From assembly GCA_026393895.1 (NCBI GenBank), contig JAPKZG010000035.1, positions 607 through 64,606 of the forward strand: 64,000 nucleotides of DNA, given 5' to 3'. This DNA comes from Candidatus Aminicenantes bacterium. GTDB taxonomy: Bacteria > Acidobacteriota > Aminicenantia > Aminicenantales > UBA4085. A model generated the notes under the pieces. It was not told the DNA's origin. It did not search any database and saw nothing but the letters and a program-made list of their open reading frames with translations. How positions within the stretch are numbered: the stretch's first letter is position 1; every line of letters begins with the position of its first letter. Position numbers and translations under genes: made by a program. This document shows positions 59,982 to 64,000 of the stretch, piece after piece.

Positions 59982-61358
59982 ATGTCCCTTCTGGAAATCG
60001 CCGGTCTTGCCCTGATCGTTCTTGTCGTGGCTGTCCTCATCCTCCTTTTTGTCATCGGGAAACGGCGCGACCGCGTCGATTTTTCGCCCCTGCAGGCCCG
60101 TCTGGATTCGATTGAAAGGGGACAGGAACGCGGCGAACGCGAATTGCGGGATGAATTTGCCCGAAACCGGGACGAATCGGCTAATCATCTGTCCGTTCTT
60201 CGGCAGGAAGTGGGGACTTCGCTGAAAGGCGTCTCCGATTCCGTCCTGCGGCAAATCGCCGAATTGACTCAGGTTCAAAAAGGACAGATGGAGGGATTCG
60301 ACGCTCGCCTCGGGAAGCTGACCGAGACGAACGAAAAAAAGGGGGACGCGTTGCGGGAGGCCGTCGAGAAAAAGCTCACTCAGATCCAGAACAACAACGA
60401 CGCCAAACTGGAGGAGATGCGTAAGACCGTCGACGAGAAGCTCCAGACGACCCTGGAAAAACGCCTCGGCGATTCCTTCAAGCTCGTCAGCGACCGCCTC
60501 GAGATGGTCCACAAAGGCCTGGGCGAAATGCAGACGCTGGCTAGCGGAGTCGGAGATTTGAAGAAAGTCCTGACGAACGTCAAAACCCGCGGGACATGGG
60601 GAGAAATCCAGCTGGGAAATCTTCTGGAACAGATTCTGACGCCCGACCAATATGAAAAGAACGTCCGCACGAAATCCGGGAGCAACGACCAGGTCGAGTT
60701 CGCGATCAAATTGCCCGGCCGGGGCGAAGCCGGCGACCGGCCCGTCTGGCTTCCGATCGACGCCAAGTTTCCCAAGGAAGATTACGAGCGCTTGATCGAC
60801 GCCTCGGAGCGGGCCGACGCGGCGGGCGTCGAAGAATTTTCCAAGCAACTGGAAGTCCGGATCAAGATGGAGGCCCGGATGATCCGGGAAAAATACCTCG
60901 ACCCGCCGCAGACGACCGATTTCGGACTGCTCTTCCTTCCGACGGAAGGACTCTACGCCGAAGTGCTTCGCCGGCCCGGATTGACCGATATCCTCCAACG
61001 GGAATTCCGGGTGGTGATCGCCGGACCGACGACACTCCTGGCGCTTCTCAACAGCCTCCAGATGGGTTTCCAGACGCTGGCCATCGAAAAACGGTCCGCC
61101 GAGATCCGAAACTTGCTTGGGGCCGTCAAGACGGAATTCGGCAAATTCGGCGAGGTGATCGAGAAGGTCCACAAGAAAATCATGGATGCCGGAGACGTCA
61201 TCGACAAGGCCAAGACCCGGAGCCGGGTCATCGAGCGGAAACTCCGGTCGGTGGAGGGACTTCCGGCCGCGGAGGCGCGTAACCTTCTGGCTAGCGCGGA
61301 ACTCGAAGCCGACGATGGGGAATCGGAGCCGGCCGGGGGGGAAGAGCCGACCACCTGA
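59982..61358 (+). CDS. rmuC: DNA recombination protein RmuC
   Basis: N-terminal TM segment, coiled coil, KTRGTWGEIQL, PIDAKFP, FLPTEGLY, GPTTLLALL. Confidence 0.93.
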   Translation: MSLLEIAGLALIVLVVAVLILLFVIGKRRDRVDFSPLQARLDSIERGQERGERELRDEFARNRDESANHLSVLRQEVGTSLKGVSDSVLRQIAELTQVQKGQMEGFDARLGKLTETNEKKGDALREAVEKKLTQIQNNNDAKLEEMRKTVDEKLQTTLEKRLGDSFKLVSDRLEMVHKGLGEMQTLASGVGDLKKVLTNVKTRGTWGEIQLGNLLEQILTPDQYEKNVRTKSGSNDQVEFAIKLPGRGEAGDRPVWLPIDAKFPKEDYERLIDASERADAAGVEEFSKQLEVRIKMEARMIREKYLDPPQTTDFGLLFLPTEGLYAEVLRRPGLTDILQREFRVVIAGPTTLLALLNSLQMGFQTLAIEKRSAEIRNLLGAVKTEFGKFGEVIEKVHKKIMDAGDVIDKAKTRSRVIERKLRSVEGLPAAEARNLLASAELEADDGESEPAGGEEPTT

Positions 61359-62126
61359 TTACTTGATCAACCGTTTTTTCATCCGCCCGACCCCGAACCA
61401 AAAGGCGATGGCCGTCAAGGCCAGGATGAAGGCGAGATTCAGGACAAGATTTTTCGTGTAGACGCCCGCGTACACAGCGCGCGAAACTTGCACGGCATGG
61501 GTCAGGGGAAGAAATTGAGCCAGGGTCTTCATCCAGGCCGGAAAATGATCGAGCGGAAAAAACACCCCTGAAAAAAAGAGCATCGGGGTGATCACAAGCT
61601 CCGTGTAATAATTGAAGAAGTCGAAATTGGGGGCGTAGGACGTGACGATCATGGCCATCGAGCCGAACATGATCCCGATGAGAACCATTAGGACGCAAAG
61701 GAGAAGGCCGGCGGGGAGTGAAACCGGGAAGACGCCCATGAAAAAGGCTACGGCCATCATCAACACACCGCTGATCAACCCTCGAAACGCGCCCCAGAGG
61801 ATGTCGCCGGCGATGGCGTCCTCGGCCGAAACCGGGGTGGCGATCAGGGAATCGTAGAGTTTTTCATGGATCATTTTGACGAACGCGCCGTAGAGGCTCT
61901 CGAACGTCGAAGACATCATCACCGAGGTGATCAAGACGCCGGGGACGAGAAACGATAGATACGTCTTCCCCCCGAACGCGCCCATGTACGCACCCATGCC
62001 GATGCCGAACGTGATCAGGTAAAAAAGCGGTTGAATGAGGCTGGCGATGAACGTTGAGACGACGAAGCGTTTGTAGGATACGAGGTTCCGGTAGAAGACG
62101 AGAAAAGCCCGGCGCGAGAGGTTCAT
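61359..62126 (-). CDS. ABC-2 exporter permease (NodJ-like)
   Basis: QPLFYLITFGIG, FLVPG, FSGVFFP, LPLTHAV; ATG 62126 overlaps the ATPase stop. Confidence 0.9.
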   Translation of the reverse strand: MNLSRRAFLVFYRNLVSYKRFVVSTFIASLIQPLFYLITFGIGMGAYMGAFGGKTYLSFLVPGVLITSVMMSSTFESLYGAFVKMIHEKLYDSLIATPVSAEDAIAGDILWGAFRGLISGVLMMAVAFFMGVFPVSLPAGLLLCVLMVLIGIMFGSMAMIVTSYAPNFDFFNYYTELVITPMLFFSGVFFPLDHFPAWMKTLAQFLPLTHAVQVSRAVYAGVYTKNLVLNLAFILALTAIAFWFGVGRMKKRLIK

Positions 62127-63040
62127 TCGATCAGGCTCCGTCCCGTCAGTTTCAGGAAGACGTCCTCGAGGGTGGCCGGCCGGTGGACGGTGTTGGGCAG
62201 GTCGAGTTCGACCAGTTTCTTTTGGATTTCGCGGCCGTCGCGGCAATAGAAAAAGAGGGTGTCGCCGGCCCGCTCGTGCCCGCGGGCGAAGGGGCCGAGT
62301 TCGGCGATCAAGTGGGGATCCTCTTTCGCGTCGATCCGGATTTCGACCACTTCCCGGCCGATTTCGTCGTCGATCAATTGCCTGGGAGAGCCTCCGATCA
62401 GGATTTTTCCCTCGTTCATGATGACCAGCCGATCGCAGAGCTGTTGGGCCTCCTCCATGTACTGAGTGGTGAGAATCAGAGTGGTCCCCTGGCTTTTCAG
62501 GAGCCGGAGCCGCTGCCAGATCAAATGGCGGGCCTGCGGGTCGAGCCCGGTCGTCGGCTCATCGGCGATAATGAGCGACGGTTTGTTCAGCAGCGCCCGG
62601 GCGACGAGAAGACGGCGCTTCATCCCCGTAGACAATTCCGAGATCTTGTTGTCCCGCTTAGCTTCGAGCTCGACGAAGGCGATCAACTCGTCGGTCCTTT
62701 TCCGGGCCTCGCGGCGCGGGATGTCGAAAAACTTAGAAAAGACCATCATGTTTTCGAACACGGTCAGGTCGTTGTCCAGGGTGATTTCCTGGGGAACGAC
62801 CCCGGTCATGGCCTTGATTTTGCGGTTGTCGACGTTGGCCGGAAGTCCGCCGACAAAGATCGTGCCCGAGGTGATGGGGGAGACGCAATGGATCATCCGG
62901 ACGGTAGAGGTTTTCCCGGCCCCGTTCGGCCCGAGAAAGCCGAAGCATTCCCCTTCGCGGATTTCGAAGGAAATCCCGTCGACGGCGGTCAGATCGCCGA
63001 ATTTTTTCGTCAGGCCGTCGGCCTTGATGATCGTTGCCAT
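62123..63040 (-). CDS. ABC exporter ATP-binding protein (NodI-like)
   Basis: GPNGAGKT, LSTGMKRRL, DEPTTGLDP, TTQYMEEA, RPATLEDVFL. Confidence 0.93.
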   Translation of the reverse strand: MATIIKADGLTKKFGDLTAVDGISFEIREGECFGFLGPNGAGKTSTVRMIHCVSPITSGTIFVGGLPANVDNRKIKAMTGVVPQEITLDNDLTVFENMMVFSKFFDIPRREARKRTDELIAFVELEAKRDNKISELSTGMKRRLLVARALLNKPSLIIADEPTTGLDPQARHLIWQRLRLLKSQGTTLILTTQYMEEAQQLCDRLVIMNEGKILIGGSPRQLIDDEIGREVVEIRIDAKEDPHLIAELGPFARGHERAGDTLFFYCRDGREIQKKLVELDLPNTVHRPATLEDVFLKLTGRSLIE

Positions 63041-63153
63041 GGGACTCAAGTCCCTTATCATACCAGAACGTCCGGGCCCGGCCAATTCGTTTCTTGACCG
63101 CTGAGAGAGGGAGAATTATCATGCGGGAGCCGGACGGCGCCGAAAACGAAAAA

Positions 63154-64000
63154 ATGACTATTATTTTGAAACCTTTGAAGATCGGCGGATTGACGATCGA
63201 TTTTCCGGTCGTCCTGGCGGCCTTGGCCGGCTACAGCGACCTTCCTTACCGAAAGATCTGCCGGTCGCTCGGAGCGCCGTTCGCCACGACCGAGGTTATG
63301 ATCGACCGCTTTCTGCTCCATGAAAGCAAGCTCCGCCGCTTCATCCTCAAAAGCGACGCGGACGACCATCCGGTCGGCGGCCAGTTCATGGGAAGCGACC
63401 CGGAGCTCATGGTCCGGGCCGCTTTCGTCATCCGCGATCTGGGATTCGACGTCGTCGACCTCAATTTCGCCTGCCCCGTCCGGAAGGTCGTCAGCCGGAA
63501 GCGGGGCGGTTTCATGATGACGCAGCCGGAGGCCGTTCTGGAGATCGTCCGGCGGGTCCGCGAGGCGGTGCCCGACCGGCCGTTGATGCTGAAACTCCGC
63601 CGATCGTTCGATCTTGACGAAACGGACGCGGAAGCGTTTTGGACGATCGCCCAGGGCGCTTTCGAGGCGGGCGTAGACGCCCTGTGCGTTCACGCCCGGG
63701 CCGTCGAACAGCAATACACGGGGCGAGCGGATTGGAATTTTCTTTCGGCCGTGAAGAGGGCTTTTCCGGACAGGACGATCATCGGCTCCGGCGATGTGGC
63801 CACCGCCGCCGAGGCGATCCGGATGATCGCCGAAACTGGCGTGGATGGAGCGGCCGCCGCCCGCGGGGCCATCGGCAACCCCTGGCTCTTCCGCCAGGCC
63901 CGCGAATTGGCCGCGGGCCGGCCAGCGCTTCCGCCGACGATCACCGAGCAACGCGATGTCCTGCTCCGCCATTACGAGCTGTGTCTCCGTCATTACGGCG
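63154..64000 (+). CDS. dusB: tRNA-dihydrouridine synthase, partial (runs off the window edge)
   Basis: Not in the ORF track. Manual translation from ATG 63154 gives VVLAALAGYSDLPYR, DLNFACPVRKV, VHAR, IGSGDV, ARGAIGNPW. Confidence 0.9.
   Translation, partial: MTIILKPLKIGGLTIDFPVVLAALAGYSDLPYRKICRSLGAPFATTEVMIDRFLLHESKLRRFILKSDADDHPVGGQFMGSDPELMVRAAFVIRDLGFDVVDLNFACPVRKVVSRKRGGFMMTQPEAVLEIVRRVREAVPDRPLMLKLRRSFDLDETDAEAFWTIAQGAFEAGVDALCVHARAVEQQYTGRADWNFLSAVKRAFPDRTIIGSGDVATAAEAIRMIAETGVDGAAAARGAIGNPWLFRQARELAAGRPALPPTITEQRDVLLRHYELCLRHYG

Noticed and set aside
58872-61172. 766-aa minus-strand ORF, and similar long antisense ORFs (6878-8383, 42516-43772, 48886-50169, 49926-51782)
   Set aside because: Shadow frames opposite well-supported genes in GC-rich DNA; no motifs, and low-complexity composition.
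61359-63040. NodIJ-like ABC exporter as the transporter for the Cys-rich peptides
   Set aside because: It is 15 kb away with no peptidase domain, and the peptides carry Sec-type signals.

Overview
GC-rich bacterial chromosomal window. The SBBP/InlB-repeat surface protein, several secreted peptidases and the gene set suggest Ca. Aminicenantes (Acidobacteriota); this is an inference. Left to right: end of a sugar-nucleotide operon (UDP-sugar dehydrogenase, asnB); secreted and outer-membrane proteins; a GH38-like hydrolase; nfo-thiC; a ~21 kb Wzx/Wzy polysaccharide locus (GT-C, four GT4, wzx, wzy, priming GT, beta-barrel, wza, wzc, ligase/OTase-like, TPR-like) with an ops-like site; rsmD-rpmE-prfA-prmC; a c-di-GMP block (HD-GYP, amber-interrupted coiled-coil ORF, GAF-GGDEF-PilZ); a heavily structured intergenic region before hutU; a cassette of two secreted twin-CX6C peptides, a beta-propeller and a CxxC protein; class II photolyase; gltX-glnS; peptidases; tRNA-Arg(CCG) and tRNA-Lys(CTT), the latter followed by a small AT-rich insert; a metK remnant; an SPT-like enzyme with an internal deletion; rmuC; a NodIJ-like ABC exporter; and partial dusB. 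The best candidate for an undescribed system is the Cys-rich peptide cassette at 44164-46232. No CRISPR array, rRNA or intact transposase/integrase was seen. All family calls come from motif recognition by eye, and all counts were made by hand.
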